Part shown: one piece after another, positions 11,809 to 23,031 of the stretch
Layout of the letters: each line of letters starts with the position of its first letter
Numbering within the stretch: position 1 is the first letter of the stretch
The notes under the pieces: generated by a model
The model's database searches: none
Seen by the model: the letters and a program-made list of their open reading frames with translations, nothing else
Told to the model about the DNA's origin: nothing
Source: Ranitomeya imitator
Taxonomy: Eukaryota
Length of the DNA: 64,000 nucleotides
Assembly: GCF_032444005.1 (NCBI RefSeq)
Contig: NC_091282.1
Coordinates: 474,672,001-474,736,000, forward strand
Direction of reading: 5' to 3'
Made by a program: the position numbers and the translations under genes

Positions 11809-14800
11809 GAAACAGGAACACATGGGCTACTTGCACAAACGTATCAACCAAATACCCTGTTTTTTACATCTTTTACTAGCACTTGCGGATTACTGCAACA
11901 TTTTTTCAAACTGAGTGTTTTTGGTTTTACTATTCTCTTTTGTGTCTTCAGGTTTCTTGGTGGTGTGTGAACATGATCATACAGACTTGTTCACTGTGCA
12001 AGTAGCCCATGTGTTCCTGTTTCCATAATTGTTCTCTTGTGTCTACAAGACTGGGGAGTTCCACCACTCCTCTTGGGCTATCTGCACAAAAGCTGTTCTA
12101 CCCTGTATGCACACATGGATTTTTCCTCTCTGAACCCTGTTCACACAGGTTATATACAGATGATCAGGTTTTTAAATACATCAGATAGGGATTGCATACA
12201 TTAGTTAGGACTGCTCTGATAAGGGTATACCGTGAAGATTGGTAGAGCAGCTTAGTATACATTTTTTGCAAAAAACGTATCAACCAAATACCCTGTTTTT
12301 TACATCTTTTACTAGCACTTGCGGATTACTGCAACATTTTTTCAAACTGAGTGTTTTTGGTTTTACTATTCTCTTTTGTGTCTTCAGGTTTCTTGGTGGT
12401 GTGTGAACATGATCATACAGACTTGTTCACTGTGCAAGTAGCCCATGTGTTCCTGTTTCCATAATTGTTCTCTTGTGTCTACAAGACTGGGGAGTTCCAC
12501 CACTCCTCTTGGGCTATCTGCACAAAAGCTGTTCTACCCTGTATGCACACATGGATTTTTCCTCTCTGAACCCTGTTCACACAGGTTATATACAGATGAT
12601 CAGGTTTTTAAATACATCAGATAGGGATTGCATACATTAGTTAGGACTGCTCTGATAAGGGTATACCGTGAAGATTGGTAGAGCAGCTTAGTATACATTT
12701 TTTGCAAAAAACGTATCAACCAAATACCCTGTTTTTTACATCTTTTACTAGCACTTGCGGATTACTGCAACATTTTTTCAAACTGAGTGTTTTTGGTTTT
12801 ACTATTCTCTTTTGTGTCTTCAGGTTTCTTGGTGGTGTGTGAACATGATCATACAGACTTGTTCACTGTGCAAGTAGCCCATGTGTTCCTGTTTCCATAA
12901 TTGTTCTCTTGTGTCTACAAGACTGGGGAGTTCCACCACTCCTCTTGGGCTATCTGCACAAAAGCTGTTCTACCCTGTATGCACACATGGATTTTTCCTC
13001 TCTGAACCCTGTTCACACAGGTTATATACAGATGATCAGGTTTTTAAATACATCAGATAGGGATTGCATACATTAGTTAGGACTGCTCTGATAAGGGTAT
13101 ACCGTGAAGATTGGTAGAGCAGCTTAGTATACATTTTTTGCAAAAAACGTATCAACCAAATACCCTGTTTTTTACATCTTTTACTAGCACTTGCGGATTA
13201 CTGCAACATTTTTTCAAACTGAGTGTTTTTGGTTTTACTATTCTCTTTTGTGTCTTCAGGTTTCTTGGTGGTGTGTGAACATGATCATACAGACTTGTTC
13301 ACTGTGCAAGTAGCCCATGTGTTCCTGTTTCCATAATTGTTCTCTTGTGTCTACAAGACTGGGGAGTTCCACCACTCCTCTTGGGCTATCTGCACAAAAG
13401 CTGTTCTACCCTGTATGCACACATGGATTTTTCCTCTCTGAACCCTGTTCACACAGGTTATATACAGATGATCAGGTTTTTAAATACATCAGATAGGGAT
13501 TGCATACATTAGTTAGGACTGCTCTGATAAGGGTATACCGTGAAGATTGGTAGAGCAGCTTAGTATACATTTTTTGCAAAAAACGTATCAACCAAATACC
13601 CTGTTTTTTACATCTTTTACTAGCACTTGCGGATTACTGCAACATTTTTTCAAACTGAGTGTTTTTGGTTTTACTATTCTCTTTTGTGTCTTCAGGTTTC
13701 TTGGTGGTGTGTGAACATGATCATACAGACTTGTTCACTGTGCAAGTAGCCCATGTGTTCCTGTTTCCATAATTGTTCTCTTGTGTCTACAAGACTGGGG
13801 AGTTCCACCACTCCTCTTGGGCTATCTGCACAAAAGCTGTTCTACCCTGTATGCACACATGGATTTTTCCTCTCTGAACCCTGTTCACACAGGTTATATA
13901 CAGATGATCAGGTTTTTAAATACATCAGATAGGGATTGCATACATTAGTTAGGACTGCTCTGATAAGGGTATACCGTGAAGATTGGTAGAGCAGCTTAGT
14001 ATACATTTTTTGCAAAAAACGTATCAACCAAATACCCTGTTTTTTACATCTTTTACTAGCACTTGCGGATTACTGCAACATTTTTTCAAACTGAGTGTTT
14101 TTGGTTTTACTATTCTCTTTTGTGTCTTCAGGTTTCTTGGTGGTGTGTGAACATGATCATACAGACTTGTTCACTGTGCAAGTAGCCCATGTGTTCCTGT
14201 TTCCATAATTGTTCTCTTGTGTCTACAAGACTGGGGAGTTCCACCACTCCTCTTGGGCTATCTGCACAAAAGCTGTTCTACCCTGTATGCACACATGGAT
14301 TTTTCCTCTCTGAACCCTGTTCACACAGGTTATATACAGATGATCAGGTTTTTAAATACATCAGATAGGGATTGCATACATTAGTTAGGACTGCTCTGAT
14401 AAGGGTATACCGTGAAGATTGGTAGAGCAGCTTAGTATACATTTTTTGCAAAAAACGTATCAACCAAATACCCTGTTTTTTACATCTTTTACTAGCACTT
14501 GCGGATTACTGCAACATTTTTTCAAACTGAGTGTTTTTGGTTTTACTATTCTCTTTTGTGTCTTCAGGTTTCTTGGTGGTGTGTGAACATGATCATACAG
14601 ACTTGTTCACTGTGCAAGTAGCCCATGTGTTCCTGTTTCCATAATTGTTCTCTTGTGTCTACAAGACTGGGGAGTTCCACCACTCCTCTTGGGCTATCTG
14701 CACAAAAGCTGTTCTACCCTGTATGCACACATGGATTTTTCCTCTCTGAACCCTGTTCACACAGGTTATATACAGATGATCAGGTTTTTAAATACATCAG

Positions 14801-15872
14801 ATAGGGATTGCATACATTAGTTAGGACTGCTCTGATAAGGGTATACCGTGAAGATTGGTAGAGCAGCTTAGTATACATTTTTTGCAAAAAACGTATCAAC
14901 CAAATACCCTGTTTTTTACATCTTTTACTAGCACTTGCGGATTACTGCAACATTTTTTCAAACTGAGTGTTTTTGGTTTTACTATTCTCTTTTGTGTCTT
15001 CAGGTTTCTTGGTGGTGTGTGAACATGATCATACAGACTTGTTCACTGTGCAAGTAGCCCATGTGTTCCTGTTTCCATAATTGTTCTCTTGTGTCTACAA
15101 GACTGGGGAGTTCCACCACTCCTCTTGGGCTATCTGCACAAAAGCTGTTCTACCCTGTATGCACACATGGATTTTTCCTCTCTGAACCCTGTTCACACAG
15201 GTTATATACAGATGATCAGGTTTTTAAATACATCAGATAGGGATTGCATACATTAGTTAGGACTGCTCTGATAAGGGTATACCGTGAAGATTGGTAGAGC
15301 AGCTTAGTATACATTTTTTGCAAAAAACGTATCAACCAAATACCCCGTTTTTTACATCTTTTACTAGCACTTGCGGATTACTGCAACATTTTTTCAAACT
15401 GAGTGTTTTTGGTTTTACTATTCTCTTTTGTGTCTTCAGGTTTCTTGGTGGTGTGTGAACATGATCATACAGACTTGTTCACTGTGCAAGTAGCCCATGT
15501 GTTCCTGTTTCCATAATTGTTCTCTTGTGTCTACAAGACTGGGGAGTTCCACCACTCCTCTTGGGCTATCTGCACAAAAGCTGTTCTACCCTGTATGCAC
15601 ACATGGATTTTTCCTCTCTGAACCCTGTTCACACAGGTTATATACAGATGATCAGGTTTTTAAATACATCAGATAGGGATTGCATACATTAGTTAGGACT
15701 GCTCTGATAAGGGTATACCGTGAAGATTGGTAGAGCAGCTTAGTATACATTTTTTGCAAAAAACGTATCAACCAAATACCCTGTTTTTTACATCTTTTAC
15801 TAGCACTTGCGGATTACTGCAACATTTTTTCAAACTGAGTGTTTTTGGTTTTACTATTCTCTTTTGTGTCTT
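11809..15872 (+). repeat. Tandem array of 9.3 x 436-bp units with a 16-bp TSD and a 29-bp terminal inversion; candidate retrotransposed multimer
   Basis: Exact 436 period (C of AACGTATC at 11840, 12276 ... 15764). CATGTATAGATATATA at 11793-11808 and 15873-15888. 11809-11837 is the reverse complement of 11995-12023. Confidence 0.95.
12211..12250 (+). ncRNA. Degenerate hammerhead-like motif, one per 436-bp unit
   Basis: CTGCTC-TGATAAG-GG TATA CC-GTGAAG-ATTG-GTA-GAGCAG. Stem I and stem II are present but the core is non-canonical. Confidence 0.3.
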
Positions 15873-15904
15873 CATGTATAGATATATATTAACATTATCA
15901 CACT

Positions 15905-16140
15905 GAAGCCTGTTTTAACCTTCCTTATCAGGCCATTTTTTTCAACTCTGACCACTGTCAACTTATGAAGTAATAGCTCTGGAAGGCTTCAATGGATCCC
16001 ACTGATTCTGAGGCTGTTTTCTCGTAACATATTGTACTTTATGATAGTGGTAAAACTTATTTGGTTTGCAAAGTCACCAAAGTTTTGCAAGGTTTGCAAT
16101 TTTTAAACTTTTAATTTTTATGCCCTTATATCAGAGTTAT
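15905..16140. mobile_element. Fragment of a non-autonomous DNA element
   Basis: Looks like the interior of common anuran non-autonomous elements; no termini seen. Confidence 0.3.
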
Positions 16141-17031
16141 ATCACAGAAAATAATTAATAAAATACATTCCCCGCCCTTCATCATGCTGTGATTTCAATT
16201 ACATCCAAACACATTCGGTTCCGACCTTCCTATAAATGCAGGCTTTACCATGATATTAGCCAGAGGTAAGTGTTCACACTAGGCACTCAGGTCAGGGACC
16301 CATTCGATTACCTTGACGTTGGTGGATGGGCTCACATTTTTTGGCTAAATTTGGTGCTAAACATCTCATGTGTTTTTTCATAGATTTCACAAGCCATTAT
16401 GCTATTCACATTTCATGTATTACACATTCCCTTGCTTTAGTATAATTAAGTGCAGCCATTTATCTATTTGCTAAATAGATATTAAACTAGAAAGAGGAAA
16501 AGTGCACTGAACTGCCCAGTCATGCCAAGGGTGCACCGATTGCCTGTTTTACATTCTTAAATAAAAACTATTTATAGCAAATGCAACGAAGAATTTGAAC
16601 AGGAAAACCACATGCACACATTGAGAATTTGCTGAGTTTTTTACCTCAGTATTTGTATGCCAAAACCAGGAGTGGGGGGAAAAATACAGAAGTCGTGCAC
16701 GTGTTTCTGTTATATTTTCCTCTGAATGTTCCATTCATGTAAGCTTACTCTAAAAGTGAATATTTATATATTAATTAACAAGCATAATTTACAAAACTGT
16801 GAGCAATATAAAAGTCAACATGAAAAATTAAAAAGACTATTTCTTATTTTCTTAGCCACAGGCCATAACCTAAAAAAAAACCCTGGAAGCCCTTGTCAAA
16901 CAAGCACATCCCTGAATATTCCCGTGGTCCCATTTCCTTCATTTCCCTTGCTACCAAACCCCCTGTTGCTTCAACTTGGTGAAAATCAGGACTAGACCTG
17001 ATGGAAGTGAAGAAACACATTTATTGGTATA

Positions 17032-19278
17032 CTAGATGATGGCCCGATTCTAACGCATCGGGAATCCTAGAATATGTATGTAGTTTATTTATGAAGATTT
17101 TAGAATAATACAATGAATGCACAGAATTCGGCTGGCCGGGCGCGAGCAATTAGCGAAGCGTGGTTCAAATCCCGAGCCAATTCACGGCCAGAGAGCGCCT
17201 GTCGCTGATTGTTCACGGCCTGCCACGTAGTATATAGCACAGCCACGTAGTATATAGCAGCCCACATAGCATGTGACACAGCCACGTAGCATATAACACA
17301 GCTCGCGTAGTATATAACAGCCCACGCAGTGTATAACACAGCCCTCGTAGTGTATAACACAGTCACGTAGTATATAACACAGCCCACATAGTATATTGCA
17401 CAGCCACGTAGTATGTAGCACAGCCCAAGTAGTATATTGCACAGCCCACATAGTATATAGCACAGCCACGTAGTATATAGCACAACCACGTAGTATATTG
17501 CACAGCCCACGAAGTATATTACACAGCCACATAGTATATTACACAGCCCTTGTAGTATATAGCTCAGCGACGTAGTATATAACAGCCCACAAAGTATATA
17601 ACACAGCCCATGTAGTGTATAACACAGCCCACGTAGTGTACAACACAGCCACGTAGTATATAACACAGCCCACGTTGTATATTGCACAGCCACATAGTAT
17701 ATTGCACAGCGACGTAGTATATTGCACAGCCCACGTAGTATATTGCACAGCCACATAGAATATTGCAGTCCACGTAGTATATTGCACAGCCCAAGTAGTA
17801 TATTGCCCAGCCACGTAGTATATAGCACAGCCATGTAGTATATTGCAGAGTCACATAGTATATAGCACAGCCCCATAGCATATTGCACAGCCCAAGCAGT
17901 ATATTACACAGCCCGTGTAGTATATAGCACAGCGACATAGTATTTAACACAGCCCATGCAGTATATAACACAGCCACATAATCTCACATAGTATATAGCA
18001 CAGCCACGTAGTGTATAGCACAGCCTAATAGTATATTGCACAGCCACGTAGTATATTGCACAGTCCACATAGTATATTGCACAGTCCACGTAGTATATAT
18101 CATAGCCCACGTAGTATATAGCACAGCCACGTAGTATATTATACAGCCGAAGCAGTACTGTATATAACACAGCTCACGCAGTATATAGCACAGCCCACGC
18201 AGTATATTACAGCCACATAATATATTACACAGCCACGTAGTTTATTGCACATTCGATATAGTATATAGCATAGCGACGTAGTATGTAACAGAGCCCATGC
18301 AGTATATAACACAGCCCACGTAGTCCCACATAGTATATAGCACAGCCAAGTAGTATATTGCACAGCCACGAAGTATATTGCACAGTCACATAGTATATTG
18401 CACAGTCCGCATAGTATATGGCACAGCCCACGTAGTATATAGCACAGCCATGTAGTATATTGCACAGCCGACACGGTATATTGCAGAGCCAACGCAGTGT
18501 ATAACACAGCCCACGCAGTATATAGCACAGGCCACGCAGTATATTACACAGCCACGTAGTATATTACACAGCCCACGTAGTTTATTGCACATCCGACATA
18601 GTATATAGCATAGCGACGTAGTATGTAACACAGCTCATGCAGTATATAACACAGCCCACATAGTCCCACATAGTATATAGCACAGCCACGAAGTATATTG
18701 CACAGCCACATAGTATATTGCACAGTCCACGTAGTATATAGCACAGCCCACGTAGTATATAGCACAGCCATGTAGTATATTGCACAGCCGACGCAGCATA
18801 TTGCAGAGCCAACGCAGTATATAACACAGCCCACGCAGTATATAGCACAGGCCACGCAGTATATTACACAGCCACGTAGTATATTACACAGCCCACGTAG
18901 TATATAGCACAGCCATGTATTATATTGCACAGCCGACGTACTATATAACACAGCCAACACAGTATATAACACTGTCCACGTAGTATATAACACAGCCCAC
19001 GCAGTATATAACACTGCCCACGTAGTATATAGCACAGCCCACGCAGTATATAGCAATGTGGGCACCATATCCCTTTTAAAAAAATGAATTAAAATAAAAC
19101 ATAGTTATATACTCACCCTCCGACGGCCCCCGGATCCAGCCCAGGCCTTTCCCGCTCCTCGTGTGCTGGCCGCGACCAATCAGCGACATGGGATTTCCGT
19201 GACAGACAGACAGAAAGACAGACAGATAAACAGAAAGACAGAAAGACGGAAGTGACCCTTAGACAATTATATAGAAGA
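17032..19278 (-). mobile_element. Non-autonomous Helitron with a large internal minisatellite
   Basis: On the minus strand: A|TC 5' end, 3' hairpin CCCGAT-GCGTTAGA-ATCGGG, then CTAG|T; no TSD; termini shared with 46352-47716. Confidence 0.88.
17220..19060. repeat. ~22-26 bp minisatellite (cacagcc(c)acgtagtatattg) inside the Helitron
   Basis: Dozens of variant units; source of spurious Cys/Tyr-rich ORFs. Confidence 0.92.
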
Positions 19279-19379
19279 TGGTCATCAAGAAACTATCAGC
19301 CATACTATGTAACAAAGAAGATAACATTTGAGAAAATCTGGCCACACTGAGTACAGTGGCCATACTCCTTTTGCTATAC

Positions 19380-19641
19380 CACCTTTGTGCTTACAAGCAT
19401 CTATAGCTTACGATTCTTACTAACAAACCCCATCTATTAGATAGGATTTGTGTACCTCTTGGGCACTATTCCCCCCTTCCACTCCCATCTTTCCTCCCTT
19501 CCCTCCTTTTCCCTCAGCCATCCCCCTTAATTTTCTTCTTTTACATTTTTTGTAATCAAAGGTTTGCATTTTGTCATTTTGAGATGTTACTCCTATGTTT
19601 GTTTCAAAACTATTCAATAAAAATTAAGTCTATAAAAAAAA
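19380..19641 (+). mobile_element. Possible L1/Tx1-type 3' end remnant
   Basis: C-rich tract, then AATAAA near 19616 and an A-rich tail. Confidence 0.3.
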
Positions 19642-20581
19642 ATAAGAAGAACTAGTTTTTTTCTACGCAACTTATAAAATAGTGCTAGAATAGTTAAAGA
19701 TTAGTTTAATTTTTTAATAAAATTTGCCTGTTATTGTACTGTTTTAAGTATTAATATACTGTTAGAATTAAACCTATCGGTTGCTTTATAGAAAAATGTC
19801 AGGCTTGTCTCTTCAAAAAGGTGAGCAAATACTGAGTTTGGAAAATGTGCTGACATCAGATGAAAAAAAAAAATGATGGAGGCAGCCAATCTGTTTATTT
19901 TTATGTCGACAGACTGTCAAGTATTATGTGATTTGTACCTAATATCTTAAATCTAGATCACTTCATTTCATGAATACTTCTCATCCTTATTCAATTATAC
20001 TGACAGTCCCACTGAAAGCAAAACCAAATGTCCTTAATATTTTGGATGCGTCAATTCAATATCCGGTGACAAATCCAATATTTGTCACATGAGGCATATC
20101 AATGAAAGGTAGCTGCTGAGTAAATCATGAGTTCTCTGCGTCACTAGCTATTCCTCCAGGCTTCATCACTATTGATGTTAAACGTCTAGCCCCAGGCTCA
20201 TCTCACAGCTCTTTGCTTTAACCCATGGAAATCATCCCTATTTAATCTGACAAATCATAACATTAAACCGCCGCTTCTCCACCGCCTACATACTTCCCAA
20301 ATGCACTGCTCTTCTGATTTGTAAATCAATTTCTGTTACACAATATCTATGACACATAAAGAGTTCAGTAGCAGTCTAGAACTTGCTAATAGAAATTCTC
20401 AGAAAACAAGATATATCTTGACCAGGTTGTGTTTTAAGACTTAAATTATTAACTATTTAGCTACGGATGTTTTCTACAGTATGGACACTAGCGCATGTAG
20501 CATCCTGGACATGGAACTCCCGCAACACTCAAGCATGAATGAGGACTAAATTCAACACTCAAAGACCTTTCTCCACATAGA

Positions 20582-20624
20582 TTTTGCTTGAGAAAGGCAT
20601 ATCCATGCCGAAACGTTGCTGAAG
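20582..20624 (+). ncRNA. Minimal hammerhead-like motif (U3-A8 variant) in a PLE pseudo-LTR remnant
   Basis: TTGAGAAA-GGCAT ATCC ATGCC-GAAACGTT with palindromic AACGTT helix III; stem I partly decayed. Confidence 0.6.
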
Positions 20625-21344
20625 TATATTTGGTTTCACTAGGGTCTCTTTTTCTGATTTTTTATTTTGTGGTGGTTTTTTTTGCCTCTCTTTTCATATG
20701 AATATTGGACAATAAATTTATCCCTTGAGTGCCGAAGTTTTGTATTATTTTTTTGAATAACTTTTTCATCAGAGCACCATAACCTATGTAATTGTGAGCA
20801 CACCTTATATTCTACATTTATTTACATGGTATACATATTTTATTTCCTTTGAAATTTGATCATAAACTTTATTGGACTGTAAATTGTTAATATTTGCAGA
20901 CACAATTTATGATGGACTCAGTTCACGTAAGTATGCTTATATCACTTAACAACCAAAATTATTAATTTGATCAACTTTTGCGATGATGAAGGACCTTTTC
21001 CTTTTTGAAACCACCAGAGAAACATTATGTGATATGAATGATGTCCTTATTGTGACGGAGCGGTTATCTATTAGTCTCTTTCTGCTCATATGTGGACAAG
21101 CACTATAGTGTTGCTTAATCTTGAGAGGCATGGTAGCTTTCTTTGGGATGACCCTGTGCATGATACATATTAGGCTGGCTATAATGTGCTTGCACAAAAG
21201 CGCTACTGATCGTGCAGGAGCTACTCATCACGTGAGCGATGATGCTACTGACCATGTGAGCGCTCTCTACTCATCACGTGAGAGCTATGATGGATACCAT
21301 GCGCAGTAATGCATATGGGTATGAGTGTAGTGTGTGATGATTTT

Positions 21345-21563
21345 CACTTAGGGGTGTACTCCTTTTTGTTAACAGAGATTTAGACATTATTGGCTTTGTG
21401 TTGAATTATGTAGAAGCCACACCAAATTTACAGTGTTATACAAGCTGTACACTGAGCACTTTACATTTTATCAAAGTGTCATATCTTTGGTGTTGCCACA
21501 TGAAAAGATATCATAAAATATTTACAAAAATGTGAGGGGTGTACTCCGTTTTGTGATATACTG
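21345..21563. mobile_element. Isolated Tc1-like right terminal repeat
   Basis: Two ggggtgtactcc direct repeats; ends ...ttgtgatatactg. Confidence 0.55.
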
Positions 21564-21642
21564 CAAATTTGTCCTCATTTAGGGTAAAACCTCCTATTAA
21601 AGGTTCTACTCTTCTTGTTTTATAGGAGTGTGAACTTCCATA

Positions 21643-21743
21643 ATGAATAACAAAAATGGTGACACCACTTGGCTCACGCAAATTACAAGCATGACTGGAG
21701 AAATAGCAACTGGTACTTGGGATGACAATACTACTACTAAGGT
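21643..21743 (+). pseudogene. N-terminus of an older PLE ORF; continues in frame at 52547
   Basis: MNNKNGDTTWLTQITSM..TTTK, preceded by acceptor tcttgttttatag at 21625; aligns with the MDFRARDKAWL start of the younger PLE. Confidence 0.65.
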
Positions 21744-23031
21744 TAATTCAACAAACCTTATGAAAACAAACATCACAATAGTAAATAAATAGGATGAAAA
21801 TATCCTGTGATGTCAATAGACATAGACTGGAAAAATGTTGCACATAAAATGAGCAACAAAGAAAAAACCACGACAAAAAATTCCAATAAAGATAATAATT
21901 AGCAAAAAATTATTTTATTAAAGTGACCAGGTACAGATGACATGAGAGGAAAAGAGGAGGAGGAGGAAGAGAGAGAAATAGACCCTCTCACACATGTCAG
22001 AGTAAAAACACTCACAGAAAAATATAACATTCCAAAAGGGTACATGGGTATGAACTATTATAAGAAGAAGTGGCCATTATTGCACATTAACCCATATAGC
22101 CTAAAGAAGAAAACCGGCACTCCTATATACCAAATAAGAATTTAGCCAAAATAGGCTGTTATAATTACCGATGGTGCCGGGGGTATAGCTGTGAGCGTCC
22201 TTCCTGGATAGCAACAAAAGGGGAAGTGCGTGTATAAAACGCCCCCCGGACCAATCAAATTCAACATGCACTGTTAGTATCATTAGCCACAGGTGCACAC
22301 CGTGTAACACTGCACACTTCCGGTAACGTATGATACCATGACCGCTTCCTGTGACGCATGCGGTGCCATGGCAGCAGGACGCTTCGGCGGCGGCGTCCCG
22401 CACCGCGTGACAGGATGTCACGTGACCGTAGTCATGGTGCGAAGAGACACCGCAAGCCGACGAGGGAGCCGGGGCCATGGCACGCATGCGTACTGCGGTA
22501 CTAGCGAGTGATCGCAAGCAGAGAGCTCTTAATATACAAAGTATTACCTTAAAGCGGCCACTGCATAGAGCAATGTATAAAGGTAAACGAGGGCATATAT
22601 ACCCCCCATATCGTGCAAACACCCGGAAATATGCAGATATAAATACAAAGATAAAGCACAAATAATAATAAGGAACATCAATCAGACATATTAAACAAAC
22701 AGATATATGTATATAGGCATGTACAGTATATAACAAAAACAACTACCATAGTTGCATATAGAATACTAGGAGACACATATACATAAATAAGGACATAAAT
22801 GTGATTAATCTCCATAAGATGTCATCTCCTTCGTAAGTCCATAAGTTATTTGAATGCTGATGATACTTGTGGTGGCATTTAAAAGATCGGCATATAATGG
22901 CGTAGATGCGAGACAGATATTCTAAATTCTGCATGAATCGCCGTAAATAGGAAGAGGCTAGAGGGGCTGAATAAAAACAAAATATTAAAACCAAGAACAG
23001 AAACACATGCCCTCAATACATCAGCTGAGAT

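Noticed and set aside
11809-15872. CRISPR array or simple satellite
   Set aside because: No unique spacers and a eukaryotic context. Local satellite growth alone does not explain the TSD plus the inversion.
16170-16271. Possible host exon ending at GAG|GTAAGT (16266)
   Set aside because: No convincing acceptor, no recognisable peptide and no partner exon.
17100-19068. Many overlapping Cys/Tyr/Ala-rich ORFs, also at 193-995, 47049-47736 and 56336-56660
   Set aside because: They are translations of minisatellites inside non-autonomous elements, open in several frames, with no protein-like features.
19792-19820. Possible 29-nt host exon (tttatag|..ATG TCA GGC..AAG|gtgagc)
   Set aside because: Splice-like flanks are plausible, but it is too short to identify and could be chance; needs RNA-seq.
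20946-21330. Possible decayed PLE coding fragment and short direct repeats
   Set aside because: Similarity is too weak to assign by eye.
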